From NCBI GenBank assembly GCA_964609925.1, contig CAZSUJ010000002.1, positions 8,251 through 72,250 of the forward strand: DNA of 64,000 nt, in the 5' to 3' direction. The DNA comes from an uncultured Chthoniobacter sp. GTDB lineage: Bacteria > Verrucomicrobiota > Verrucomicrobiia > Chthoniobacterales > JACTMZ01. A program made the translations under genes and the position numbers. The notes below the pieces were generated by a model that searched no databases, was not told the DNA's origin, and saw only the letters and a program-made list of their open reading frames with translations. How positions within the stretch are numbered: position 1 is the stretch's first letter; each line of letters begins with the position of its first letter. Positions 9,416 through 19,006 of the stretch are shown here, in pieces.

Positions 9416-10811
9416 TAGTAAAACTAATACAACCCGCCCTCCTTTGCGTCAACAAAAGTGCAGGCCTGTGTTCCGCGGGTTTGCCCCCCACCATCGCCGG
9501 CGGGCACGGGTATTTGGCTGGCATCGGGGGCCGGCAAGGGGCACAGAATGCAGAGCTGTTTTGAAGGACGACGCGATTTCTCCCGGGCGCTACGCGTGGA
9601 TCGTGGTGGCGCTGTTGTTTCCGGTGGCGCTGCTCAACTACCTCGACCGCCAGATGATCGCGGCGATGAAGGTGTCCGTGATGGGCGACGTGCGAGGCAT
9701 GGAGTTGGAGGCGCAGTGGGGCTACATGCTCGGGCAGTTCAAATGGGTCTATGCCTTCTTCAGCCCCGTGGGCGGCTATGTGGCAGATCGCTTCAGCCGG
9801 CGGTGGACGATCTGCGGCAGTCTGTTCGCCTGGTCTCTCATCACATGGCTGACCGGGCATGTGGAAACCTACGAGGGGCTGCTCTGGACCCGGACGGCGA
9901 TGGGGCTGAGCGAGGCGTTCTACATCCCGGCGGCCTTGGCGCTTATCTCGGACTACCATCGCGGGCCGACACGGTCGAGGGCGACGGGGATCCACCAGAT
10001 GGGCATCTACTGCGGGGTCATCCTCGGTGGTTTCGCCGGCTACGCCGCGGAATCGCCGATGGTCGGTTGGCGCACGACCTTCAACATCACCGGCCTGGCG
10101 GGCATTCTTTACGCCTTTCCCCTCCTCTTCCTCCTGCGCGACCGGAAGGCGGATGCAGGCGCGCGCTCGGCCGCGACCGGCATCGCGGGTTCGCTGCGCG
10201 AGTTGCTGACCAACGCGTCCTTCCTCCTGCTCGTTCTCTATTTCACGCTTCCCGCGCTGGCGGGCTGGGTTGTCCGCGATTGGATGCCGGCCATCCTGCA
10301 GCAGAGCTTCAACATCAGCCAAGGGTTGGCCGGAGTCTCGGCCACGCTCTACTGGCAAGCGGCGGCCATCGTGGCGGCCTTGGGCGGCGGGTGGCTGGCC
10401 GACCGCTGGATGCGACACACCGAGCGGGGACGCATCTACGTCAGCGCCTTGGGTATGGCGCTGATCATCCCGGCGCTGTTCGGCGTGGGCAACGCGCCTT
10501 CGCTGGGCTCGTTCGGCCTCGCCATCGCGTCGCTCGTGCTCTTCGGCATCGGCTGGGGGTTCTTCGACACGAACAACATGCCGATCCTCTGCCAGATCGC
10601 CCGCCCGGAGTTGCGGGCGACGGGCTACGGGATCATGAACTTTGTCAGCATCAGCTGCGGCGGGTTCGCAGATTGGGGATTCGGTGCACTCCGGGACCAC
10701 GACGTGCCGCTCAACGCGATCTTCGGCGTCTTCGCCTCGGCCTGCGTGGTCTCGGTGGTCCTCGTGCTTTTGATCCGCCCGCGGACGGGCCTCGACGACC
10801 CCGTCAAATGA
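9378..10811 (+). CDS. MFS transporter (start uncertain, probably internal)
   Basis: 12-TM-like hydrophobic profile and MFS-type LNYLDRQMIAAM / GYVADRFSRR motifs. The first about 60 codons overlap the nifJ start and look non-coding. An in-frame TTG at 9561 is a plausible real start. Confidence 0.8.
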   Translation: MASTVTRRTGGVISKTNTTRPPLRQQKCRPVFRGFAPHHRRRARVFGWHRGPARGTECRAVLKDDAISPGRYAWIVVALLFPVALLNYLDRQMIAAMKVSVMGDVRGMELEAQWGYMLGQFKWVYAFFSPVGGYVADRFSRRWTICGSLFAWSLITWLTGHVETYEGLLWTRTAMGLSEAFYIPAALALISDYHRGPTRSRATGIHQMGIYCGVILGGFAGYAAESPMVGWRTTFNITGLAGILYAFPLLFLLRDRKADAGARSAATGIAGSLRELLTNASFLLLVLYFTLPALAGWVVRDWMPAILQQSFNISQGLAGVSATLYWQAAAIVAALGGGWLADRWMRHTERGRIYVSALGMALIIPALFGVGNAPSLGSFGLAIASLVLFGIGWGFFDTNNMPILCQIARPELRATGYGIMNFVSISCGGFADWGFGALRDHDVPLNAIFGVFASACVVSVVLVLLIRPRTGLDDPVK

Positions 10812-12507
10812 CAACCTCGGCCGAGTGGTCGAGGTGAAGCACACCGAGGGCGCGGCGGATGAGCGAGCGCCCGCTTTCCTCCTCGTCGAGCACGATGATG
10901 TCGGCCCCGATCTCGGCGAGCCGGTCGGCCTCCCTGCGGAATTTCGTGCGGGCCATCACGGCGATGGCGGGGTTCTTTTCGCGAACGACCGGCAGGGCGG
11001 CCTCGACAGCGGGGTTGGCCGGGAAGGTGAAGGCGACGAGGCGCGCCCGATCGAGGCCGGCCAGGTCCCAAACATCCGGCTGCCCGGCATCGGCAAAAAG
11101 CGCCTGGCGTCCGGCCGCGTGGAGCTCGCGGATAGTCTGCGGGTTCAGATCAATCACAAGCGTGGCCACACCTTGGGCGCCGAGGGCCTTGACCAACGCC
11201 TGCCCGACCGGCCCGTAACCGCAAACGATGGCGTGATCGGTGAGCCCGAGGGAATGCCGCGGCGCCGAGTCCGGCACGCGGTGGCGGCGGAGGAAGTTCG
11301 GCATCACGCGCTCGAGCATCTCGCCCCAGCGCGAGGCGAAGGGCATCAGCGCGGGCACCATGGCCATGGACAGGGCGAGTGCGGCCATGAGCGGCTGGTC
11401 GAGTTGCTGGGGCCAGGCGAGCAGGCCGGTGCTCTTGCTCACCAGGACGAGCGAGAACTCACCCGCGCTGCCAAGGCCGATTCCGGCGACACAAGCCGCC
11501 CGCCATCCGAGCCCGAGGAGCCGCGCGATCAAGACGACAAGGAGAGTCTTGCCGATGATGAGCGCCGCGGCGACCGAGAGGACGAACACCCAGTCGCGCA
11601 GGAGAGGCTCGATGCCGATACCGAGGCCGACCGAGACGAAGAAGATGGTGAGAAACAGGTCCTTGATGGGCTCAACGTCCGAAAGGATCCGGTGCTTATA
11701 CATCGACTCACTGACGGCAAGCCCCGCCACGAACGCTCCGAGCACGACGCTGAGACCCATGACCGCCGCGAGCAGCGCCACGCCGAGGCAGAGGCCGGCC
11801 ACGGTCAGAGTGAAGAGTTCACGACTGCGGGTGCCCGCGACGAGATGGAGCACACGGGGGATGACGTGGCGGGCCAGCACCCACGCGAGCGCGATGAAGG
11901 CCACGCCCTTGCCGACGAGAAGCAGGAGGGTCGGCCCGACCTCGGGCCCGTGCCCCGAGCCGGCCACCAGCACCGGAAGAAACACGAGGAAGAAAATGAC
12001 GAAGATGTCCTGGAAGATCGCGATGGCGAGGGCCAGCCGCGCGCCCGAGCTGGCGGAGATCCCCATGTCCTGGAACAGCTTTACGCTGATCGCGGTTGAA
12101 CTGAGGGCGCAGGCCACCGCCACCACGAGCAGGAATGTCCACGGGAGGCCGAAGAAGAACCATGCGACGGCGGCGGCGGCCGCCATGGTGAGGCCCATCT
12201 GCAGCCCCCCGCCGGTGAGTGCGTAGGTGCGGAGGTGCTTGAGTTCGCTGAGCGAGAATTCCATGCCCAGAACGAACAGCAGCAGCATCACCCCATACTC
12301 CGACATGGTGGCCACCGTCTCCCCCGCGCCCGCGCCGGCCACGGACTCAAGCAACCCGGTGTTGGCAATCGCGACGCCGCAGAGAAAGTAGGCCACCAGC
12401 AGCGACTGGCGCAGCCGCAGGAGGACGAGCGACACCACGACAACGCCAACCAGCATCAGGGCCAGAAGCGAGAACATCGGGCTGACGTCGGCTGCGGCGA
12501 GAATCAT
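10804..12507 (-). CDS. Kef-type cation:proton antiporter (CPA2) with C-terminal TrkA-N/RCK domain
   Basis: Polytopic N-terminal region, then a Rossmann GxGxxG (IVCGYGPVGQALV). Start set at MILAAADVSP (cat 12505-12507). The 758-aa ORF extension overlaps the MgtE-like gene and is Arg/Pro-rich junk. Confidence 0.85.
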   Translation of the reverse strand: MILAAADVSPMFSLLALMLVGVVVVSLVLLRLRQSLLVAYFLCGVAIANTGLLESVAGAGAGETVATMSEYGVMLLLFVLGMEFSLSELKHLRTYALTGGGLQMGLTMAAAAAVAWFFFGLPWTFLLVVAVACALSSTAISVKLFQDMGISASSGARLALAIAIFQDIFVIFFLVFLPVLVAGSGHGPEVGPTLLLLVGKGVAFIALAWVLARHVIPRVLHLVAGTRSRELFTLTVAGLCLGVALLAAVMGLSVVLGAFVAGLAVSESMYKHRILSDVEPIKDLFLTIFFVSVGLGIGIEPLLRDWVFVLSVAAALIIGKTLLVVLIARLLGLGWRAACVAGIGLGSAGEFSLVLVSKSTGLLAWPQQLDQPLMAALALSMAMVPALMPFASRWGEMLERVMPNFLRRHRVPDSAPRHSLGLTDHAIVCGYGPVGQALVKALGAQGVATLVIDLNPQTIRELHAAGRQALFADAGQPDVWDLAGLDRARLVAFTFPANPAVEAALPVVREKNPAIAVMARTKFRREADRLAEIGADIIVLDEEESGRSLIRRALGVLHLDHSAEVVI

Positions 12508-12566
12508 AAGCGGTGAGATTGAAGGCCGGAAAGCAGCAGGAAATCCAGAACGGGAGATCGGCCGGG

Positions 12567-13577
12567 CTAGAGCAGCATCGAAGCCAGGCCGAAGTAGAAA
12601 AGCAGCGTGCAGACGTCGGTCACTGCGAGCGTGAGAGGCCCGGCCGCGACTTTCGGATCCCACTTCAGCGAATGCAGCAAGGCGGGGACGGAAAGCCCGA
12701 GGAAGCAGGCCATTCCGAGCGAGAGCACGATGCTGCCCCCGATGACGAAACCCTCCCAGGCCGTGGCGCGCCAGAACCACGCGATGAGTCCCACGATCAG
12801 GCCGCATGAGGCACCCAGCAGCAGGGCGGTGGCGCCCTCCCGCGCGAGACGGCGGGCATACCAACCGATGGAAGGCGCGACGGAACGCAGGGACTGGATG
12901 GCCACGGCCATGGACTGCACGGCCACGCTCTCGCCCAAGCCGAGGACCAAGGTGAGGAAGAACGCGAGGATGAGGCTTTGCGCGAGCGTCGCCTCGAACC
13001 CGCCGACAAGAAACGCGCACACCGTGCCGCTGGCGATGGTGGCCAGCAGCCAAGGAAAGCGGAACGTGAAGGCCCGCCATGGCCCGGCGTCGCGCACTTG
13101 GGCGATGCGCACGCCGATCGACTCGAAGAGCGCGTTCGTTTCGTCACGCTCGGCGAGGTCGAACGCCTCGTCCGCCAGCAAGGCCACATCCACCACGCCC
13201 ACGATGCGGCGCTCGCCATCGAGCACGGGGAAGGCGAGGAGCTTGTGCAGGACGAAAGCCTCGCAGCCATCGAGGACTGTAGCCGAGTCGGGGAGCGAAA
13301 GGACCTTCGCGATCATCACGCGGGAGAGCTCCTGCGAGGGATCCGCAGTCAGCAAACGGCGGGTCGGCAAGACGCCGACAAGGCGCTCCTCCCCGTCCAC
13401 GACATAGAAGTAAACCGCGCGTTCGCCCCAATCCTGCCCCTTCTCACGCACCAACTGCAGGGCCTCTGCGACCGTCTGGTCCTGCCGCAGCGAGGCGAAC
13501 GCGGAACCGGCGACCGAGGTTATCGGCTGCAGCAGATGGTCGGGACCGGCAGGCATGCACACAGCGTAACCTCGCAA
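12567..13577 (-). CDS. MgtE-family Mg2+ transporter-like protein (CBS pair + MgtE TM domain, no N-terminal MgtE_N domain)
   Basis: CBS-like segments (VYFYVVDGEERLVGVLPTRRLL; AFPVLDGERRIVGVVDV) followed by an MgtE-type TM domain (GLGESVAVQS ... DPKVAAGPLTLAVTDV). Confidence 0.8.
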   Translation of the reverse strand: MRGYAVCMPAGPDHLLQPITSVAGSAFASLRQDQTVAEALQLVREKGQDWGERAVYFYVVDGEERLVGVLPTRRLLTADPSQELSRVMIAKVLSLPDSATVLDGCEAFVLHKLLAFPVLDGERRIVGVVDVALLADEAFDLAERDETNALFESIGVRIAQVRDAGPWRAFTFRFPWLLATIASGTVCAFLVGGFEATLAQSLILAFFLTLVLGLGESVAVQSMAVAIQSLRSVAPSIGWYARRLAREGATALLLGASCGLIVGLIAWFWRATAWEGFVIGGSIVLSLGMACFLGLSVPALLHSLKWDPKVAAGPLTLAVTDVCTLLFYFGLASMLL

Positions 13578-13611
13578 ATCCTGCGCGGCACGCCAGAAGC
13601 CGCGAGGTCCG

Positions 13612-14832
13612 TCAGGTCGTCTTCGGCAAGCGGACCAGGCGGAGGATGACGAGACCGCCGGCGAAAAAGACCAGCGTGAACAGGATGGCGGTGCGGAGAC
13701 CGAAGGCGTCGGCCAGCATGCCGAGCGTGACCGGGCCGACGATGGCGGCGAGTTTTCCGAAAATGCCCCAGAAGCCGAAGAACTCGGCCGCGCGGTCCCT
13801 CGGCGAGAGCAAGCTTACCACGGCGCGGCTGCCGGCCTGGCTGGACCCGATGGCGAGGCCGGCGATGTTGCCGACGATGAAGAACGAGGCTTTGTCCGTG
13901 CAAAACCACGACCCGAGGGCCACGGCGCACCACAGGACGAGCGAGATGGTGAGCATGTTGAGCGAGCCGATGCGGTCCTGGTAGTGCCCGGAGACGAAGG
14001 CGCCGATGGCGCTGCTGATCTGCAGCGAGGCAAAGAGTATCAAGTTCTCGGTGGTGGTGAACCCGAGCACCTCGCCGGAGTAGATCGCGGCGAATGCCAC
14101 CACAGCGCAGAGCCCGCTGATGTAGAGGAAGAAGGCGACGAGGAACTTCAGCAACTCCGGGTGCTTGGGCAGTTCCCGCGCGGCCCCGCCGATGCTCCGC
14201 CAACCGAGGCGCCAGATCGACTCGGTGAGCGGCTCAGCCTGCTTCCGCTCGCGCAGCAGGAGCAGCACGGGCAGGGTGGCGAGCACCATGAAGACGGCGG
14301 TGGAGACGAACACGAGCGGAACGTTGTCGCCGTCGAAATGCAGCACGACGAGGGCAACGCCGAGCGCGCCGAGTCCTCCGAAGTAGCCGAAGCTCCAACC
14401 GTAGCCGGAGATGCGGCCGACATTCTCCGGCGTGCTCAGCTCGCTGAGGAAGCTCGCGCAGAAGTTCTCACCGAAGCTGAAGGCGGCATAGGCGACGACG
14501 ATCAAGCCCACGGCAAGCCAGACCGTGCCCGGGCCCGTGAACCACAGCAACGCGGTGGCGGCGGCGCAGGTCCACATCATGGCCAGGAGGTAGCGTTTCT
14601 TGGAACCACCATGGTCGGCCATCACGCCGACGGCCGGTCCGAAGATGATGACCACGGCCTGCGACGCGGCCAAGGTGGCGCTCCACAACGTGTTCGAGGC
14701 GGGGCCGGGCGCGATCACGCCGGTGAAGAACGGGCCGAACACCACGGTGATGACCACCGTGACGAACGCCGAGTTGGCGAAGTCGTAGCAGCACCAGCCG
14801 AAAATCTCCCGCTTGCGGACCGGCGCGGACAT
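13612..14832 (-). CDS. MFS transporter, UMF1/Atg22-like family
   Basis: REIFGWCCYDFANSAFVTVVITVVF N-terminus typical of UMF1-type MFS. 406 aa polytopic. 15 nt downstream of the nitroreductase gene. Confidence 0.8.
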   Translation of the reverse strand: MSAPVRKREIFGWCCYDFANSAFVTVVITVVFGPFFTGVIAPGPASNTLWSATLAASQAVVIIFGPAVGVMADHGGSKKRYLLAMMWTCAAATALLWFTGPGTVWLAVGLIVVAYAAFSFGENFCASFLSELSTPENVGRISGYGWSFGYFGGLGALGVALVVLHFDGDNVPLVFVSTAVFMVLATLPVLLLLRERKQAEPLTESIWRLGWRSIGGAARELPKHPELLKFLVAFFLYISGLCAVVAFAAIYSGEVLGFTTTENLILFASLQISSAIGAFVSGHYQDRIGSLNMLTISLVLWCAVALGSWFCTDKASFFIVGNIAGLAIGSSQAGSRAVVSLLSPRDRAAEFFGFWGIFGKLAAIVGPVTLGMLADAFGLRTAILFTLVFFAGGLVILRLVRLPKTT

Positions 14833-14847
14833 GGGGGGGCGCCGCGC

Positions 14848-15450
14848 CTAGAAGCCGTTCTCGAAGACCACTTCGTCGTAGGCGAGCTGGCCGGGGCGGG
14901 GCCAGGAGTCCTTCGCCTTGCGCCCGATGACCACCATGTGCGAGATGACGTGCCCCTCAGGCAAGTTGATGATCTTCCCGACGGCGTCGTAATCGAACCC
15001 GTCCATCGGGCAGGAATCATAGCCCATGGCCTTGGCCGCGAGCATGAGCGTCTGGCCGGCCATCCCGCAGGAGCGCATGACCTCGTCGCGCTCAACCTGC
15101 GGACGACCGTCGTAGTATTGGGCGATGGCTGGGACGAGGAAGTCCTGCACCGGCTGCGGGGCATTGCGCCAGTAGCGCGCGGGCTCCTGCTCCCACGCCT
15201 TGAGGTTGCCACAGAGGACCACGAGCAAGGACGCCTCCGTGACCTGGGCCTGGTCCCACGCGGCGGCGCGGATCCGTTTGCGGGTCTCCATGTCGCGCAC
15301 GATGACGAAGCGCCAGTTCTGGATGTTGAACGCGGTGGGCGAAAGCATCGCCAGCTCCAACAATTGCTTCTCTTCAGCCTCCGTCAGCTTGTGCTCCGTG
15401 TCGTAATGCTTGATCGCGCGCCTGGCCTTGATTGCTTCGATGGTGTCCAT
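14848..15450 (-). CDS. nitroreductase-family flavoprotein
   Basis: IKARRAIKHYD ... PTAFNIQNWRFVIV ... pattern. Start at MDTIEAIK (cat 15448-15450). Confidence 0.85.
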   Translation of the reverse strand: MDTIEAIKARRAIKHYDTEHKLTEAEEKQLLELAMLSPTAFNIQNWRFVIVRDMETRKRIRAAAWDQAQVTEASLLVVLCGNLKAWEQEPARYWRNAPQPVQDFLVPAIAQYYDGRPQVERDEVMRSCGMAGQTLMLAAKAMGYDSCPMDGFDYDAVGKIINLPEGHVISHMVVIGRKAKDSWPRPGQLAYDEVVFENGF

Positions 15451-15501
15451 GGCGGCGGATGATGCGTGATTGCGGTGCTGATGACAACCCGCCAAGGAAA
15501 A

Positions 15502-17712
15502 TCACGGAAACCAGGACCAAAGCTCGATCAGGACGAAGCGGACGATCGCCTTGGTGAAGGCGACGATGACGAGGCGGGGTTCGCCGCGGATCTTCGCCTG
15601 GCCGGTCAGGCCGCTGCGGAGCTGTCCGTCCGAGTTGTCCATCCGCCCGATGACCGGAACGGTGCGCCCCATGTCGGCCGTGGTCTCCTCGGCGGCGGGA
15701 AGGATCTGCTCCACGGTGCCCTCGAATTCCTCGTCGGGGAACGCCCAGAGGCGGAGCTTCATGGATGCGCCGACCTTCACGTCGCCGATCTCCGGCTCCG
15801 GCACGGCGACCTGGATGAGGACCGTGTTGAGATCCTCCACGACGGCGAACTCGACCCCCTCCTTGACGAAGCTCTTCAGCTTGTATTGGAGATCCTTCGT
15901 GACGATGCGGCCGGAGATGGGCGTGATGAGCGAGGTGCGCCGGAGCTGCTCCTTGTTCATGACGATCTCGTGCTCCATCTTGATCTTCTCGGCCTCGAGC
16001 GCAGCGATCTGGTTCGGGTTCACCTGCGCCTTGACCGCGGCCAGGTTGGCTTCGGCCTCGGCCAGGCCTTGGACCGCCGCATCGGCCGCCTGCCGGGCCT
16101 TGTCGAGCTCCTGCGTAGAGGAGCTACCCCTTTCGTAAAGGACACTGGCGCGCTTGAGTTCATCGGCCGTGTAGCGCGCGGCCACCTTCGCTGAGTCGAC
16201 TTTCGTGGTGGCCGCCGCAACCTCCTCAGGGGTCGGCGTTGAGCGCAGTTTGGCGATATCGAACGCAATGGCGTCGCGTCCCGCTTCGGCTGCGCGCAGG
16301 TCGCGGACCTGACGGTGGTTGGCCATCTGGGCGACGATCGTCCCCGCAGTGACGTAGTCGCCGCTGTCGAAGTAGATCTCCTCGATCATCCCGTCCATCT
16401 CCGCGGTGAGGGTCGCCCGCTGGGCCGGGAGCACCTCGGCCTCGCCGCCGACGTGGAAGGGGTAAGGGAGGAAAAGAATCAGCACCGCGGCCGCAGCAAG
16501 GGCGATCTTGATCCGGCGGCGGCGGTCGGGCTGGTCCACCGTTGCGGAGGGCAGCCGAGGACCGGCCGGTGTCCCGGCGGCAGCGGGCGCCTTCGACGCC
16601 GCGCGGGCGCGGTGGCGTTCGATGACTGATTCTGCCGGCTTTTTCATTGCGTAGGCCATGCCGCCCGCCGCGAGGAAAACGGCTACGAGTCCGCCACCGC
16701 GGATCCCGGCTTCGAGCTGCAGGTAAAGCGCAATGAAAGTAGCTGCGGCCGCCGCGAAGGCAAACACCCAAAGCAGGAGGCCCAGCACGCGCGGCACGCC
16801 GGGCGGCATCGGCGCGGGCCCCTCCCCGCGTCCCGTCGCGGTCCGGAAGAGCGACCACAAGCCCGAGGGAGAGAACGGGTTGGAAACCGCGACGACAGCG
16901 GCTATCGAAATCAGCACCCCGACCGCCCAAACCCCCGACATGATGACGGCATGGGACCGAACGGACGCAACCCAGAGCAGCGAGCAAAGACCGGAGTAGG
17001 CACACGCAGCGATGAGCGGTGCCGCGGCGACGCGAAACCGCGCAGCCGGGTCGAGTTCGTCGAGGCCGGCAATCCGCACATGGACTGAAGGCACCCAGCC
17101 CTGACGCCTCAGGCCGATCGCCGGCAGGGGTGCCCCGGCCGCGCAGGCGGTGGCACCCCGCCACGCCTCGATCACGAGATTGGCCAGCAAGACGAAAAGC
17201 GGGATCGAGGCGAGCGCGGCGGGGTTTGAGAAGACACCGCCGAGATCGGAAAGGAACTGTGGCATCCGGCCGCCGACACCGGCCAGACCGAAGCAAAACA
17301 ACGCCGGGATGACCCATTCGAGGCAACGCAGCGGGCGGACGGCGCGGGCCAGCATGTCCAATCCCACGGACTCGCGGACGAGGCACCGGAAACCGGGGTC
17401 TTCCGAAGTCGGCAGTTCCACGCGTTCCGCCTCATCAGGCTCATCAGCCGGCGCCCGCCGTTCCTCAAGCAATCCCCAATCCGCAATCATCCGGACGAAG
17501 GAGTCGATATCCGCCGCGCTGCAGTCCGCGGCATGCCGTGCGTTGCACTCGGCGGCAAGGCCCGCGGCGGTCCATGGCGAGCGGAGACCCTTGATCAAGA
17601 ACGCCTCGACGGCTCCGAAGTCATAGGACTTCCCCGAGGCCGGATCGCGCACCGTGCACCCCTCCCCGGCGGGTTTGGGTTCCAGCAACACGTCCTGGCG
17701 CAGCACCTTCAT
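15502..17712 (-). CDS. fusion protein: PqqD/RRE-like N-terminal domain + M50/S2P-like polytopic domain lacking HExxH + HlyD-type periplasmic adaptor
   Basis: 736 aa from MKVLRQD (cat 17710-17712). The N-terminal about 85 aa is paralogous to the N-terminus of 20322..21602. A polytopic middle follows. The C-terminal half has barrel-sandwich / coiled-coil / beta-barrel HlyD features (AEMDGMIEEIYFDSGDYVTAGTIVAQM ... ITPISGRIV ... GLTGQAKI). No HExxH in the protein. Confidence 0.75.
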   Translation of the reverse strand: MKVLRQDVLLEPKPAGEGCTVRDPASGKSYDFGAVEAFLIKGLRSPWTAAGLAAECNARHAADCSAADIDSFVRMIADWGLLEERRAPADEPDEAERVELPTSEDPGFRCLVRESVGLDMLARAVRPLRCLEWVIPALFCFGLAGVGGRMPQFLSDLGGVFSNPAALASIPLFVLLANLVIEAWRGATACAAGAPLPAIGLRRQGWVPSVHVRIAGLDELDPAARFRVAAAPLIAACAYSGLCSLLWVASVRSHAVIMSGVWAVGVLISIAAVVAVSNPFSPSGLWSLFRTATGRGEGPAPMPPGVPRVLGLLLWVFAFAAAAATFIALYLQLEAGIRGGGLVAVFLAAGGMAYAMKKPAESVIERHRARAASKAPAAAGTPAGPRLPSATVDQPDRRRRIKIALAAAAVLILFLPYPFHVGGEAEVLPAQRATLTAEMDGMIEEIYFDSGDYVTAGTIVAQMANHRQVRDLRAAEAGRDAIAFDIAKLRSTPTPEEVAAATTKVDSAKVAARYTADELKRASVLYERGSSSTQELDKARQAADAAVQGLAEAEANLAAVKAQVNPNQIAALEAEKIKMEHEIVMNKEQLRRTSLITPISGRIVTKDLQYKLKSFVKEGVEFAVVEDLNTVLIQVAVPEPEIGDVKVGASMKLRLWAFPDEEFEGTVEQILPAAEETTADMGRTVPVIGRMDNSDGQLRSGLTGQAKIRGEPRLVIVAFTKAIVRFVLIELWSWFP

Positions 17713-17758
17713 TTTGACGCCGCGATGCTGCTGCCTGCGCCGCGAGTTTCCATGGCGT

Positions 17759-18934
17759 TCAAGCGTTGCCGTCTTCGCCGACGCGCCCGACGAAATCGTC
17801 GAACTCGGCGAAACCTTCGAACGCCTGCTTCTCGTAGTCGTAGCCGCGCTTGCGGTCGGGTTGCGCCGCGCGGACATGCTCCAGGCGGGTCTTGTCGGCA
17901 TCCTCCCACGACAATCCTAGGTGACGGTAAACCTTTTCCGCGGCGGCCATGATGTCGCCGGTGACCATGCCGTAGGTCAGGAGGACGCGGCGGTCGGCGG
18001 GGACATGCTCCTGGATGATGGCGAGCAATTGGCGGCTGTCCCCCTGCATGCGGCGGATCACCGCATCGTGCCATCCCGGGACCGAGTCGGGGTCCACGCC
18101 CGTCTTCGACATGGTGGAGTAGCGGATGAGGGCGAGGAGGGAATTCATGAAGCCGGCTGACTCGCGCAGGCTGAAGATGAATTCCGCATCGGGGTAGAAC
18201 TCGAGGATCTCGGGGAACTTGCTGTGGCTGGTCACCTCCTTCGAGAGGTAGCGGCGCCCGTTCGCCCCGTTCAGGTAGAGCACCTTCTGGATCACGCGGT
18301 GGTGCGTCTCGAGGATGTGGTGCCTCACCTTCGCGGGCAGACGCGTGAAATCGTCGAGGTCATCGAGCAGGTCGGGGCATGGGAAACGCAGGAAGATGAA
18401 GAAGTGGTGCAGGAAGCACTCCTCGAAGAAAATCCCGTCCTCCTCCCAGTCGCTGAGCTTGTTCGGATGCATCCGCGCGGCCACTTCGCCAGCCGGGGTG
18501 GCCGACCAGTAGTTCTTCTGCAGCAGGGCACGGGCGATGGAGGAATTCCGGATCAGCTTCTGCAGGCAGATGTAGGGCAAGCGCCACTCGATGTGGCGGG
18601 CCGCAACGAACTTCGCGTCGTCAGACGCGAGCGTGCGGTGGAGGAAAGTCGTGCCGCTGCGCGGTTGGCCGAGGATGAAGACCGGTTGCACCCGGACTTT
18701 GCGGTAGCCGGGGTAAAGGATCTCGTCGAGATACCACAGGAGCGTGATGAACGGCGCGGCCAGAGCGTAGCCGAGAAGGAAACGCATCTGGCGGAAGCGT
18801 GCCGCCCACGGCAAGTGCGCGCGGCCGCCGCTGAATGCGGCGCGCCAGAGCATGAAGTAGGTGCGCCAGTAAGGGAACGGCGCGAAGGCGGCGCCGAGCA
18901 GATAGAGGGCGGGAACAACCGCGAGCCAGATCAT
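17759..18934 (-). CDS. membrane-anchored sulfotransferase (Sulfotransfer_3-like)
   Basis: N-terminal hydrophobic segments (MIWLAVVPALYLLGAAF...), then a PAPS 5'-phosphosulfate-binding loop GQPRSGTTFLHRTL and a 3'-phosphate-binding-like RYLSKEVTSHS. Confidence 0.8.
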   Translation of the reverse strand: MIWLAVVPALYLLGAAFAPFPYWRTYFMLWRAAFSGGRAHLPWAARFRQMRFLLGYALAAPFITLLWYLDEILYPGYRKVRVQPVFILGQPRSGTTFLHRTLASDDAKFVAARHIEWRLPYICLQKLIRNSSIARALLQKNYWSATPAGEVAARMHPNKLSDWEEDGIFFEECFLHHFFIFLRFPCPDLLDDLDDFTRLPAKVRHHILETHHRVIQKVLYLNGANGRRYLSKEVTSHSKFPEILEFYPDAEFIFSLRESAGFMNSLLALIRYSTMSKTGVDPDSVPGWHDAVIRRMQGDSRQLLAIIQEHVPADRRVLLTYGMVTGDIMAAAEKVYRHLGLSWEDADKTRLEHVRAAQPDRKRGYDYEKQAFEGFAEFDDFVGRVGEDGNA

Positions 18935-19006
18935 CGCCCCCCACCTCCACGGAGAGGGGGTTCGGGGACGCGAATGGACTGTCTCACCACGACGGCCATC
19001 GGCGGC

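Noticed and set aside
5386-9418. Long ORFs overlapping nifJ and the DHOD-like gene (e.g. 6710..8431 +, 8250..9284 -, 8702..9418 +).
   Set aside because: They overlap a well-supported PFOR gene. Their composition is Arg/Pro-rich with no recognisable domains.
9502-9523. GGGCACGGGTATTTGGCTGGCA in the nifJ/MFS divergent region resembles a sigma-54 -24/-12 promoter (TGGCAC-N5-TTGC).
   Set aside because: The GG-to-GC spacing is 12 nt rather than the required 10, and the -24 T is missing. No enhancer-binding protein gene is nearby.
12508-13080. 5' extensions of real genes in the ORF track: 10804..13080, 15502..17901, 19007..20542, 46620..48707, 52535..53956, 52553..53632, 2967..4148.
   Set aside because: The extensions overlap neighbouring genuine genes and are Arg/Pro-rich. 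Internal Met starts give proteins of family-typical length and proper N-termini (signal peptides, lipoboxes).
18931-18999. 22-codon ORF (MAVVVRQSIRVPEPPLRGGGGR) ending in an ATGA overlap with the sulfotransferase start.
   Set aside because: It is the tail of a longer spurious frame (18931..19341), Gly/Arg-rich, with no features of a peptide precursor.
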